From positions 1,379,114-1,443,113 of the forward strand of contig JBNZDD010013686.1 of the NCBI GenBank assembly GCA_050575255.1: DNA of 64,000 bases, read 5' to 3'. The notes beneath the pieces were generated by a model. The model was given only the letters and a program-made list of their open reading frames with translations, was not told where the DNA came from and did no database searches. Origin of the DNA: Harriotta raleighana (Eukaryota). Below, one piece after another: positions 1-11,535 of the stretch (position 1 is its first letter; every line of letters begins with the position of its first letter). The position numbers were made by a program, and so were the translations under genes.

Positions 1-84
1 AACTCACTACCAAAGTCAAGACTTAGGTTTAATCTCACCGTAAAACAAGCAGTTCTTGAGGTTTGGTATATTTTTTAATGTCAT

Positions 85-452
85 TGTAACTCAGTTGGTA
101 GCACTCTTGCCTTTTGCGAGTTCAAGCTTTAGTTTGGCACTTGAACACAGTCTAGGCTCACAAGTTATGTAGTACTGGGGGAGCTGACATGTTTAGGCTG
201 ACACAAGTATAGTTATGGTAGGTGTAACTTGTCAAGGGTATCAGCTTTTGGAGGACATTAAATTGATTACCCTTTTACCTACTATCAGGTAAACATTAAA
301 AATTACATTAGAACTATTTGAAAAGAGGATATCTCTGTCCAGATTGGGAGGATCCTCCCGCCTCATTTATCTGCAAACAGTTGGCAGACATGATACTTAC
401 TGGTAATGTACTTTGACATTACAATGAGGTAAGGTGGTATAAAAATGTTTTT
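85..452 (+). mobile_element. Old tRNA-derived Deu-domain SINE (SacSINE1/LmeSINE-like), degraded
   Basis: tRNA-like head (AACTCAGTTGGTAGCACTCTTGCC), Deu-like segment (GGTAAACATTAAAAATTACATTAGAACTATTTGAAAAGAG) and decayed 3' tail; same layout as better-preserved copies at 10655-11042 and 53390-53800. Boundaries approximate. Confidence 0.55.
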
Positions 453-859
453 CCTTTCAATCATCACTACTGTGCATGAGCAGCACGTGCAAGTGTTAGG
501 TAATGCAGCACTTTGTATTCACACATAAACAATGTGTATGACTATAAGAGTTTAAAGTGCATTTTCAATAAGAATATAGATATGCCTGAATCTGTGACAA
601 ACAGATGGATGTGATATGATCTGAACAAGCTCTCTGATTCGTCTTTGATTATTGTTGGACTGCAGTTACATCACAGTAACACAAACTTCAGTATGTAAGC
701 TAACTAAAACCAGGGATGTGCTGATTATAATCCCTTCAAATTGTTACATTAATATACATTTAAATATTGATGTGGTTCTTTCAAAGTAAAGCTTGATGAG
801 GCACATTTTTAAAAACTAACGACTTCAACATAACTGTCCCATTGCAGAGGATAATATCT

Positions 860-1140
860 CAGAGCGCATCACATTTGTATCGCACCTTTCATGTCGGGAT
901 GACGGTATCAGATGCCTAACAAGGGAAGAGGGAGATGGGGGGAAAGCGATTGTAGGCACAGTCAAAAGTAGTTTTGAGGCAAGATTTCAAGTCAGAGGGG
1001 GCGAGATGGAGGTGCAGAGGAAAAGAGTTATATAGGAAGGAGCTGAATGCCTGGCCAATAATGGTGGGCAGAGTCTGTATTTGCCACACAGAAAGGGTAG
1101 AAGATCAGAGAGATACGGAGATGCTATAGGAAGCAACACA
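860..1140 (-). mobile_element. Old L2-clade LINE 3' fragment
   Basis: Minus-strand translation IASPYLSDLL resembles the L2 ORF2 C-terminal motif LAPSYLSDLL; a decayed 3' tail (CATTTGTATCGCACCTTTCATGTCGGGA on +) matches other L2 tails in the window. Confidence 0.6.
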
Positions 1141-2602
1141 CTGCAAAATTTGGCCATGTGAAAATTAAACAATTCCAATTACTGTATATTAGAATATTAT
1201 TAGTTGTCACATCAAATGAACATTTTCTTGAACATTAATTTTTTTTTTAAAAAGTACCACCAACAGATAAGGATTACATTTGCACCATACATCCTTTAGA
1301 GTAATGGAAGACAAACAACCAAAATAGTTTATGGCTATATATAGATAAATAAATATGTATATATATTTATATAAATATATATTTAAAATACAATTTTCAA
1401 ATAAAGAGTTTTTACACAGAATTCTAAGATAGAGAAAAGGAGCGATACTTCAAGCAGTCCTTTATTTTTAGATTCTACTGTCTACAGACTCAAAAACATC
1501 AAAGAAACTTTAGCTGCTTTAGGCCATGTTTCAGTTTGTTGAATCATTAGTGGTTTTGCAACCATGGCACTGAAAAGGATGCAGTGCTTCAAACCAAAAT
1601 AATTTGGCTGATCCACTTCTACATGTGTGAAGCAAAAAGTCCTAACATTAATTTATGATGCATTTATCCCAAACAAAGTTCTTCCATAAATCTCCACTGT
1701 TAACAGTGTGCTTTATTTCACTAAGTCTATTGAAATACCAAAGCAAAATACAGCACTACCTCTTACAAAACCAGTAAAATGCTCAACCAGGGAAAATGCT
1801 ATGTACAATGATCTCTTCTCACCTATTAGGTCCAAGGAAAGCTGATCTACTGTGACAACTGCTCATAAAAATGTACCAGAAAGCAGGTACTGTGGAAGAG
1901 TATCTACAAAGAAGTGATATTTTGAAGTATTGCTACAAGAGTGTAAACTATATAAAATATATATAGTTAATACTGAAACCTAAAGTGAAATGGTCCAATA
2001 GAGTGCCTTCAACTATCTAGCTATAGTGAGCTTCAAGGGTGTTCACAACAAACAACAAAATTGCAGAGCCCCGTTCACATTGGGAGCATAGCTACAACAG
2101 CTCATATTTATGAAAAGATAGGAATAGAGAATAATCATAATAATTCCAGGTCATTAAACAATGAGGATTAATTGAATTTAAACTATCTCCTGCGAAGAGT
2201 GACTAAATAAGGGATAAGATTCAAGTGTTTGAAATGATAAACGGGTTGGAAACGGTGAATTGGAGAGAGGATATTTTGTGCAAATCCAAGGCCAAACCAC
2301 CAGAGGACACTACAAACTGAAGCCATTGCAAGTTCAAATCATGTGGCACTTGTGCTATAAAGGCACAAATTCAATGCAATGCTTTAAAGCTGAGCTATTT
2401 TCACCAGTCAAGACTGGAATTATACTGCCGACTCCACATCTCTCTCATTCATCTCTGCTCCTCCATAATACAGTGACAAGCACTCGATTTTTATTTATTA
2501 TTGAAAAGAAATGGGAATGTGACAGGCTCTATTAAAATGCTTTAGGGCAGTCCAGAAACTCCCGTTTTAAATCTTAGCTTTGCATTGTAGGCAATCTGAC
2601 CT

Positions 2603-2720
2603 GAGTTAAGACTATCAAGTGTCTTAACTCTTGAATAGAGTTAAGACTCTATAACTTATAGAGTCTTAACTCTATAAGTTAAGTCTATAACTCTATAAGT
2701 TATAAGTCTATACCTCTATT
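2603..2720. repeat. Cluster of fold-back palindromes and iterated micro-duplications
   Basis: 10-bp inverted repeat 2603-2612/2621-2630 (GAGTTAAGAC); perfect 20-bp inverted repeat 2635-2654/2656-2675 with a 1-nt spacer; then repeated fragments TCTATAAGTT/AAGTCTATA. Confidence 0.9.
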
Positions 2721-2769
2721 ATATATAAAAAATATAAACTCTAGAAAAAAAAATGTAAATAATTTTTTT

Positions 2770-3716
2770 TAAATGGTGGCGCCATTAACCGCAACCGCAG
2801 CCACAACCAGAACCGATACCACTACCAAGGACCCAGGAGCAGGAATGCAAATCTACGCCCCGTGCGTCTGCAACTGCGGGGAGCTGGGACAGGGACACCC
2901 AAGCACGGCATCGTCTTCGGCGGCCATGGACGTGGTGAGCTTGCTCGTCTGTGACATCTTCGAGCGGCTCCCGCCTGCGAGGCCTTTTGCCTGATCCGGT
3001 GCTGTGGGCAGCGGACTATCTCGTCGCGGGAGATCCCGATGGCGGTCAAGCTGCTGCCGCCGGGCGAACTGGCCAGACACGCCGTGTCCGAGATACCAGG
3101 GCCGTCACTGAATCACCTGGTCACCATCTGAGGAGCCGGTTGGTTTTGGGGCCTTTCACTACATTAGGCCTGGTTCCCGCCTTTATGAATATTGTCCAGG
3201 CGGGCGGTGAGGACAGGGAGCGGTAACTGGACTGTTAATCGCTGTTGTTGCTTTTGCTGTGTTTATTGTTGTTTTTTGTTGCTGATATTGTTTGTTGTTG
3301 TTGAATCCTCCTACCCCCTGACCTTTCCCCCTCCCTTTTCTTTTTCTTCCCTCCCTCCCTTTCCCCCCTTCCCTCTTACCCCACTTTATCCCCATTTCTC
3401 CCTGATTTTGCCCCCCACCCACCTTTCCCTCCCTCTTCCCCCTTGCCCCCCTTTTCCTCCCTGTCTTTGCCCCGCCCTTCCCTTCGTCTCCCCCTTCACC
3501 TCTTTTCCTCTTTTCTCCCCCAGCCGCACTTCTGTGACTGTTTGTGGGACACTGCTGTGCGGAATTTAGCTATCGCGTTTGGCCCACAAAATACAGGCAA
3601 TTTTTCCTACTTTCCTTCCCCGGGCCTCTCCCCCCCTGCTTGACTGTACAGCGCCTTGGGACATCCTCCCGCCGTGAAAGGCGCTATATAAATGTAATTT
3701 TGATTGATTGATTGAT
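2770..3716 (+). mobile_element. Chimeric non-autonomous retroposon: H2B-derived head + (TTG)-like tract + pyrimidine tract + SINE segment + L2 3' tail
   Basis: 3531-3595 matches the SINE segment GACTGTTTGTGGGACACTGCTGTGCG...GCCCACAAAATACAG seen at 49870-49930. 3646-3716 (GTACAGCGCCTTGGGACATCCTCCCGCCGTGAAAGGCGCTATATAAATGTAATTT(TGAT)n) matches the reverse complement of the L2 tail at 4323-4385. GC/CpG content changes sharply at both ends. No TSD found. Confidence 0.75.
2773..3130 (+). pseudogene. Histone H2B-derived sequence with two frameshifts, forming the head of a chimeric retroposon
   Basis: Frame from 2773 gives ...ELGQGHPSTASSSAAMDVVSLLVCDIFERL (H2B: [30 protein letters not shown]). After 2 extra nt (2971-2972), 2973-3092 reads ACEAFCLIRCCGQRTISSREIPMAVKLLPPGELARHAVSE, 24/40 identical to H2B [40 protein letters not shown]. 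After a 1-nt deletion, 3095 onward reads TRAVTES (H2B TKAVTKY). Confidence 0.9.
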
Positions 3717-4322
3717 ATTCCCTCAGAGTTATTCAGCACAGGACAAATCTGAAGCAGCTCCTAGCAGTACTATTGCCCAGTCAGTTCATCTTTCTCAAAC
3801 CTCCATTATACAACATTTTTTGTGTCAATTCAATTGGCAAACTTAATTGAATCAATTCAAATTGTGTTGCATAAAGGCAACAGAAAGAAATGAAGCTTTT
3901 CCTGTCAAGACTTGAGATATTGAATACGTTGCCAGAAAATATTGACCCTGACCCAATTGAAACACTCAATATGGAATCAGCTTTCGATGTTCCGAAGGGA
4001 ATGTGAGGATCCAAGCTTAGAGGAAGGAAGAGGAAAGCAAAGAGTGACTGAATTGGCTCCTTAAACAGACATAATGGATTAGATGGGATTAGGTTAATTC
4101 TCATTTCGCTATTATATTTGTATCCCAGCCTTTGAATTTTATTTTTCTTCCAATCCTCAAACCAGCTGCTTTGAAATTTTTCCCCTGGCTTCAGGCTACA
4201 AACACTCTACCTGCCTTGTTCTGTCTTCTTGCCAGAGCACCCACCCCGTCCCCGCCCATGCCCCCTCCATCACCACAGTTCTTACAGGTAATTTTGTCAA
4301 CTAAAGATTGGGTCCCATCTCA

Positions 4323-4743
4323 ACAACAACAAAATTACACTTATAGAGCGCGTTTCACGTCAGGAGGATGTCCCAAGGCGCTGGACAGATTGGTTCAGGA
4401 CCCGAGCAAGGGAAAATGTTCAGGGCGAGGGGGGGGAAGGGTGGGAGCAAGGAGGGGGTAGAGACTCGAGAGGGGAGCTGAAGGCACGGTCGAAGAGAAA
4501 GGTCTTGAGACCGGCCTTGAAAGAGGAAAGGGAGGAAGCGAGGCGAAGGCACTGGGGGATGGAGTTCCAGAGCCTGGGGGCTGAGCAGCTGAAAGCCCGG
4601 CCGCCGATGGTAGGAGTTAGGGCAGGGGATGTGGAGCAGACCAGTGCCAGAGGAACGGAGGGTACGGGCAGGTAGATAGGGGGATAGTAGGTCAGAGAGG
4701 TAGGAGGGAGCAAGGCCGTGAATGGCCTTGTAGGTGAGGATCT
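4323..4743 (-). mobile_element. Young 5'-truncated L2-clade LINE (ORF2 C-terminus + 3' UTR + (TTG)n tail)
   Basis: Translations EILTYKAIHGLAPSYLSDLLSPYLPARTLRSSGTGLLHIP and GGRAFSCSAPRLWNSIPQCLRLASSLSSFKAGLKTFLFDRAF are typical L2 ORF2 C-terminal motifs; (CAA)n tail on +; 8-bp TSD CCATCTCA at 4315-4322 and 4744-4751. Confidence 0.92.
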
Positions 4744-5046
4744 CCATCTCACCCGTCACTGACTCAGGCTCTGCTGTAGTGCTGGGGCAGCCACTTTGAG
4801 AACATTAGCGATTAACAGGAATTTTGAATCATCGGCCATATCTCCCTGATTTACATCAGTTAAGAAAAGGAATCTTTTAAATCTGCCAGGTGTGTTTAAT
4901 ACAGGGGGGAAAAAAAGGTACATAAACAACACAACACACTGAATATGAATCCAGGATATTCACTGACTACGCTTTCGCTGTTTAATTCATTTTTTAAACA
5001 TAGAAATCCTTTGTCATGCAGCGTGTATCGTTCAGGTCAACGCCAT

Positions 5047-5357
5047 AATAATAATCCTTGCATTTGATATAGTGCTTTTCACATTTTATCGACGTCCCAA
5101 AGCGCTTCACAGAATATATTGTAAAGTGAATTGACTGTATATTTCTGGGCACAATGCGGCAGCCAATTGCGCACAGCAGCGTCCCACAAACAGTCATGGA
5201 TTGAAATGACCAATTTTATTATTGTTGTATTTTTGGAGGGATTATTATTAGGCGTGTGGAGTAAGGAAACTTGCCCAAGGTTTCACCCTGATCTGCCGGG
5301 ATTCGAACACAGGTCTCATGCTTGTAAGGCAAGTGCTCTAACCACTAAGCCACAGGA
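5047..5357 (-). mobile_element. Young tRNA-headed SINE, full length (short subfamily)
   Basis: Minus strand shows A box (TGGCTTAGTGG), B box (GTTCGAATCC), CCTTGGGCAAGTTTCCTTACTCCAC and an (ATT)n tail; near-identical to 49691-50023; possible 5-bp TSD GCCAT at 5042-5046/5358-5362. Confidence 0.92.
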
Positions 5358-5378
5358 GCCATGCTTTCACACACTCAC

Positions 5379-5522
5379 CAGTCTATCCAGGCTTGTACCA
5401 GCTGCTGTGGTGGGACGCTCTTCGGGACTGTATGGTCTGAAACGGGCATTAAAGCCATCGGAAACCGCTCGTGATGGTCGGCTCAATGAGACTGCCTTGG
5501 GTTTCCCACATCCCTGAAATAC
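5379..5522 (-). CDS. GPC4: Glypican-4, coding exon 6 (144 nt, phase 0-0)
   Basis: [48 protein letters not shown]; acceptor CCCTCCAG, donor GTGAGT; contains the convertase-site region (RPSR) and the GPC4/6 motif [15 protein letters not shown]. Confidence 0.96.
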
Positions 5523-6627
5523 CTGGAGGGAACACAATTAGTCATCACTCGCATATTGTGCACAGTGCTTAGCTTTAGTATTTTTCCTGCATTTTTTTGT
5601 CCTTCGTGTTCCAACAAGGACCATTTTCAGCCCAGATGAGCCGCAAGGAAATTTCACTTTTTTTCTATATTCCGTTCAGGTAAAGGAGTTTAATGACCAT
5701 ACTGAACGAGAAATGTGCAGTTAATGTGAATGTATAACCAATAGACTTTAAAAAAAACATCAGTCAATTTGGCTTCAAAGAGAAGCTCAAAGCAAATGGG
5801 TTCAAGATTACTCCACATTGTGACACTCCAGCTAGAATTTAGATTAATGCAATTTTCAAAAAACTGTTATACAATACTGGGTTTACTTTGAATTACTATC
5901 AAATGAACAGTTTACATCTTATGTAAGTCTCGAGTCTTATTCATACATAAAAACATGCAAATATCCTTGTAGAAATGAGTTTTCCCAGAAGGAAAACATT
6001 TCTGCACAATCTCACTACAATCTGTAATAACTCAAACTGAGTCAAACAAATCAATCGAACAAAGATATACCATGAGAAATTGAAAAGTTATTTTCTCTTG
6101 CCAGACCACAAAGCATAACATTTTACTTGCTCCAAATTATTGTCTGGAGCAATCATAAAGGAATGCGGAGAATAAACAAATGAGTTAGACGGGATTTTAA
6201 CCAAGTCTTTATGCCTTAAATCAATGTGGTTTCAAAGTGCTTCAGTTTCCTTTGACTTGTTCAGAGTCATTTGTTCTTAGTAACTTCTACACTTTCTCCC
6301 AATTATCTTTATATATCCTCTCCTTTCTGCTCTAAAAATCGTGCAACACCATAGAAAGTTCTACCTCTACACATTAATTGTCAGGACAAAGAGTTGGCAT
6401 CAGAGCAAGTCTCAACACTTTCAAGAAAGGAATGCAAGGAATTTGAATTCTGGCTGGCTCACACAGCTATATAGATACTGAAAAGTATAAGGCAAAAACT
6501 ACTGCACTGTGCTTGGTGTTAGTACACTTGTGGTTACTTTGGCAGCAGAGACAAAACTTTAAAATGGAACAGAACAATCATATCATTTTGCACAAATTCA
6601 AACAGCAGTGAAAACACAGCTCTTTCA

Positions 6628-6843
<216 letters not shown>

Positions 6844-9800
6844 TTATCAGTTAATGAAAAGCTAACTTATGTTTCACTCAGAAGCACTACTATAAAATCA
6901 ATTTGTGCCACACCCAGTGAGACAAATCCCAAGATACAAACTACAATTATGTCTCCTACCAACATGTTCTGTGCTAATATTCTATCTATCTTCGATCCAA
7001 CTTCTATATTACACACTATAAAACTAATAAATCTGTCTGTGCATCAAGAAGGATCTCAATAACCGATTAACCTCGAGAAATGACTTCCATTTCGGAGTGA
7101 CATGGGCATATTTGTTTTTTGGGTCTCTCCTAACATTCATGAGGTATTTTCAGTTGTGCGTTTTTCGCTGCAGTTACACCTGGTGGCTGAGCTGGCTGAC
7201 TATGAGGCTGTGGCATCCTACATCACAGAGCAAGCACATAGCCAAACGGCGGAACAAAATAAAGAACGCAGACAAAGCTAAGCTGCGGCAACGATTTGAA
7301 TGCACCAAGGTCTTCCACTAGGAACTCCCACAGGAGTCCTCCCAGGTGACTATAGATAAAGATGAAATAGATTTGTGTTTGTCTATGTGTCAATCCACAT
7401 TCCATATTGGATCCTTTGGTTAAGCTGCAATGTGTACAGATAGTCTTAGCATAAGAAGGTTGCACAACATGAGCAAATTAATGGACAATAGGAGTGGAAA
7501 ATGCAATGGCCTCAAAGAATTACACACAACAATAACTTTCAGGTTAAGCAGTCAATGCTGGATCTTCCAATACGTTATCTTTAAAAAATAAGATGAGTGA
7601 ATATTCAACTGGTGAAAAGACAGGGATAAGGCAAAGGTAACTAACTGTCTCCCTCCTAAGATGTTAAAAACGTCACGAGAGAGGCAATAATCCATCAAGG
7701 GTAATTTATACAGAATTTAAGATTAGATTATGAAGTCAACAATATGGAACTAAATCTGGACAATAATTTTTGCAGCAATAATACTGGATAATGTAATTCA
7801 TTCATAATTCATACTTTGAATTAATACAGGATTTTGATATGGCTCAATATGTAATACTGTAATCAGTTTTCAGCATAATGTAATTCTTTATACCATCCAA
7901 ATGTTTAGATAGAAGAAGCAAATTGGCTTGGGTTATGATTGAAACGCAAGTAATTGTGTGTCTTACCAAGCAAACCAACATTTTGTACACACAGATTTTC
8001 AATTTGGAAATTTTCATCCTATTTGAATGATTTCTACATTTTCATGGGCACGTTTGCTGCTTGCAAAGCATAGGGAAAAGGCCTCTCCTTTACAGAATAG
8101 CATTTGCACATTAATCTTGGGAGTAATTACTTCAGGACATAAATCAACATATCTATCCATAAGAGTATGGAGTCCAGGAACAGAGAAAGGTTGTCCCAGA
8201 TATACACAATTCAACTATGCATTGAAATAGAAGGAAAATCCAGTGTCCAATTTATTTCAAGTTATCAGTCATCAGCACTGTAATTACCATAAAAGATCAA
8301 GTGGCTGGAAACTTTAGACTGTGTTATGTATTTCTCCCTTCAAGCACCCATTAGAATTTTAAAAGAATGTAGATGCTTTAGCAACTGTTTCTAGAACTTG
8401 CCCCTCATTGATAAATGTACACGTGCAGAGACACAGAATACAACTATACTGAGGCTTTTGTGTAAAGAAAATGCCTGCTACAGTCAACTTTCCTGACAAA
8501 ATGTTTGCACGTTTTCGAAGGGATTCATTATTCTGGTGGTAAGTAATCTGTGACTTAATAGCCTTTTGGTATGGTGGAAATCAGCAAATAAATTTCAAAA
8601 TTACATCTAGTGATTAATGGGTGCTCTCAGAATAAAATCAGTCAGCTCTCAAAGAAGGGTCATTCTTTTTCCAGCCAACCACCCCGAACAAATTATGAAT
8701 AAAGAATGTATACATACAGTAATATGCTTAAAATTCTTCTTAAACTTTTTCCACATTTTCTACTTTATTCCCACATCACCAAGATAAAAAGGGCCAGATT
8801 ACTGATGTGTTGTAAAAGCCTGAAAAGAAACATAAAACCAATTCTTCTGGTTCTTTGGCGTCTTTGTAAACTTAAAGGCAGCCAGGCCATGCAGAAGAGC
8901 ATGGGAATGTTGGGCTGATGTGCACTCTTGTTACTTGAGGTACCATGGCATTACATGTATCACAGCTTAGGAATGTGAATGATCGCTGGCAGTTCCTTCT
9001 TTGACTGCTGATATAGAAAATGCATTCAGCTTCCTGCAGTGAAGCCATGACTGTGCATGAAAGATAAGGGAGTGGCGGGGAGGGAGCAATATTTGATCAA
9101 GGGAGTTTACACTGATCTTTAGCACCAGAAATAGAATTGGATACGGTGCAACATTTTATTTTTGTCCATGGAGCTGGTGGTGGTGAGGGGGAGAGAATAA
9201 AAGAAGAAGAAAAATAAATGTCCTTAAAAACAACTTATCGGGAGGTATTTTTATCGAGGGAAACCAGTTTGCTGATGCAAAGAATTAGCTTGGATCAAGC
9301 CAACATCAAACCTGACAGACAGGAGCTTCCCTCTAGTAACTATGACTGACAGCAATTTAAAAAAATGTCGACAGCATACAAGCTGTCTCACATTCGTTTG
9401 CGGTTTCTGGTATGCAGATTTCACAGCTGCATTTACTCATACCTACAGACCCGAGCTATCCAGCTTCTGGGCATTGGAAACCGGTGCTCAAATGAAGCGA
9501 GCTCCCATATTTGCTAACCTACAGGCACGCAACATAATTCTGACCTTCTGTTGACATTCATGCAGTGCATGTATGTACTCCTTATAGCCAACAGCAATAG
9601 GTCAGCACTCACAAAAGTTTCCTTAACCCTCAAAGCACCAGTAAAAGTATTTGTAGTGCCAACTCTGCTCAATTCCCATTTATTCAGATTAAGCATTGAA
9701 AAAAAATCTTATCGAGTGTGGTTTCACACTCTAATGGTTTCAACTTTAATTTCACACACTGGTCAATGAAATACTTCAAATAGCTTTTTCTTCTGGCGTT

Positions 9801-10654
9801 CCACTGATTTTGAAAGCTGTTTGCTGGAGCAATTTTTCCCTCCATCGTTTATCAAGCTATTCCGGGGGAATAGTTGCACAGCAACCAAAATTATTTACAA
9901 TCAGCAGCTCTGGTAAAGCAGAAGCTCTTCCAGATATCTGAAAAGGCACATAGATCAAAGAGAAAAATGCACTATAAGCTCAATAATAAAACTAAATATT
10001 ATTTACTCATAGATTTTCCATCCACTGGAAATACAACGCCACAGTTAAAGAGTTCATCTTTGATCATATAAAACAGGCTTAAGAGCACATTCATCACTGA
10101 GTCTGATTACAGTAGGATTTTAAACAAAATTTTGTATTAATTAAGGCACAGGTCATCAGCATAACTGACATCAGAACAAGATATACAGTATTTTGAAACT
10201 CACTCAATTGGCTTTTGTGCAAAAGTAACAAAAACAGTATACATGTAGAATGTTAAGATTCAGCTAAACCTATTAGAAATTCTCTGTATTTTACTCCTCT
10301 ATTTCAGGGCTGTGCAGAAACTTTAGCTTTTTTAAAAAAACTAAATTCCTTTCTGTGAAAGACGAGGCTTGTGAGAAATTGATTGTCTGCAGATTGGAAA
10401 GTCCGGCCATTTACAGTCATGCTTCAGCCCATGTTCCTCTTCCAATTCACTGCTCACTAACCTGTCTTAGTTCATTTCTCACAAACCCGTTTCAAATGAA
10501 TTTCCTTTGTTTCACATTTAAAAATAAACTTACTAAAGATTTCACCCTTGCTTCTCACCTTGCAATTATGTTTAACCTTTGCCATTTCAACCCACTTTTT
10601 CTCTCACTAAAGTAGAACAAGTTTTGTCACTCGTCCAAATAAAGATTACCTAAA

Positions 10655-11042
10655 TAACAATCTTTGCATTTGCTGTTGCATCTTATGTTAGAAAGCAAAA
10701 TTCACAGGATTTTACTTTCAAATCAAGTGACTGTAATAGTTGGCAAATGAGGCAGTCCAATTATGCTCAGCAATGTCCCACAAAAAGCTACAAAATGAGT
10801 GACCAAGTTCATTTGGGGGATTGTTGGCCAGGATACCAGGAGAAACTCCCTTCTTTTTTTTTTGAATAGTGCCATTGGATTTTAATGTCCACCTGAACAG
10901 GCAAACAAAACCTTGGTTTAACATCACATCTGCAGGATGGCACCTTCGACAATGCAGCACTGGATAATCATCTTATACAATGTGGGATTTGAACCCACAA
11001 CCTTCTGACTCAGAGGTGACAATGCTACCACTGAGCCTAGCT
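10655..11042 (-). mobile_element. tRNA-derived Deu-domain SINE (SacSINE1-like)
   Basis: Minus strand: head GGCTCAGTGGTAGCATTGTCACCTCTGAGTCAGAAGGTTGTGGGTTCAAATCCC; Deu-like GGTGGACATTAAAATCCAATGGCACTATTC...TCTCCTGGTATCCTGGCCAAC; 3' segment TTTGTGGGACATTGCTGAGC. Confidence 0.8.
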
Positions 11043-11477
11043 GAAAAAGCTGGTAAATTACATGTTCATAAAGAAAGTGTGATCGAGAGCAACTTTCAAG
11101 CAATTTTCTGCCAAATTCTTTGAAGTTTTGTTTGTTTAAAAATAACACTGTGCACTAATAATCCAACCGTGGGTTAATAAATATGGGATGAAATTTGCGA
11201 TATTTCATAACAGATGCAATGCAATAAGAAATGTGACATTTTGGTTGACAGTTGAACTAGTTCCAGTTCTGAACGCCCAAGTGACCATTGGCAGAATGGT
11301 TTACTACTCTGTGGCTTTTGAAAATTGCTCAGCCACCACCTCTATGACATGGTCTGACTTAGAGAAAAATGCAGTTGTAAAAGCCCAGAGGCAGAGTATG
11401 AATGAATGAATGAATGATAGCTGCTGTGTAAAGCTGATAACCCTTAGCTTTTTTGATGGTTACATGGTCAAATATAA

Positions 11478-11535
11478 CCACAACAACAAAATTACATTTA
11501 TAGAGTGCCTTTCACATCAGGAGGACATCCCAATA
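11478..11535 (-). mobile_element. L2 3'-tail fragment
   Basis: CAACAACAAAATTACATTTATAGAGTGCCTTTCACATCAGGAGGACATCCCAA matches the L2 tail at 4323-4380. Confidence 0.8.

Noticed and set aside
1359-1382. Perfect 24-bp palindrome ATATATATTTATATAAATATATAT
   Set aside because: AT-only low-complexity sequence in which palindromes arise trivially.
3150-3170. GGCCT...AGGCC hairpin after the H2B-like sequence as a histone 3' stem-loop
   Set aside because: The loop is 11 nt and does not fit the canonical 6-bp stem/4-nt loop; at most a degenerate remnant.
3192-3569. 125-aa Cys/Pro/Phe-rich ORF with a hydrophobic stretch
   Set aside because: Translation of TTG and pyrimidine low-complexity tracts; no protein family signal.
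1-5046. GPC4 exon 7
   Set aside because: No KEKLK..KKFWS or CWNG-encoding segment found by eye on the minus strand; probably left of the window.
5131-5517. 128-aa ORF sharing ~65 aa with ORF 49634-49933 (apparent paralogous proteins)
   Set aside because: Both are antisense readings of the same SINE family; the rest of this ORF is antisense to GPC4 exon 6.
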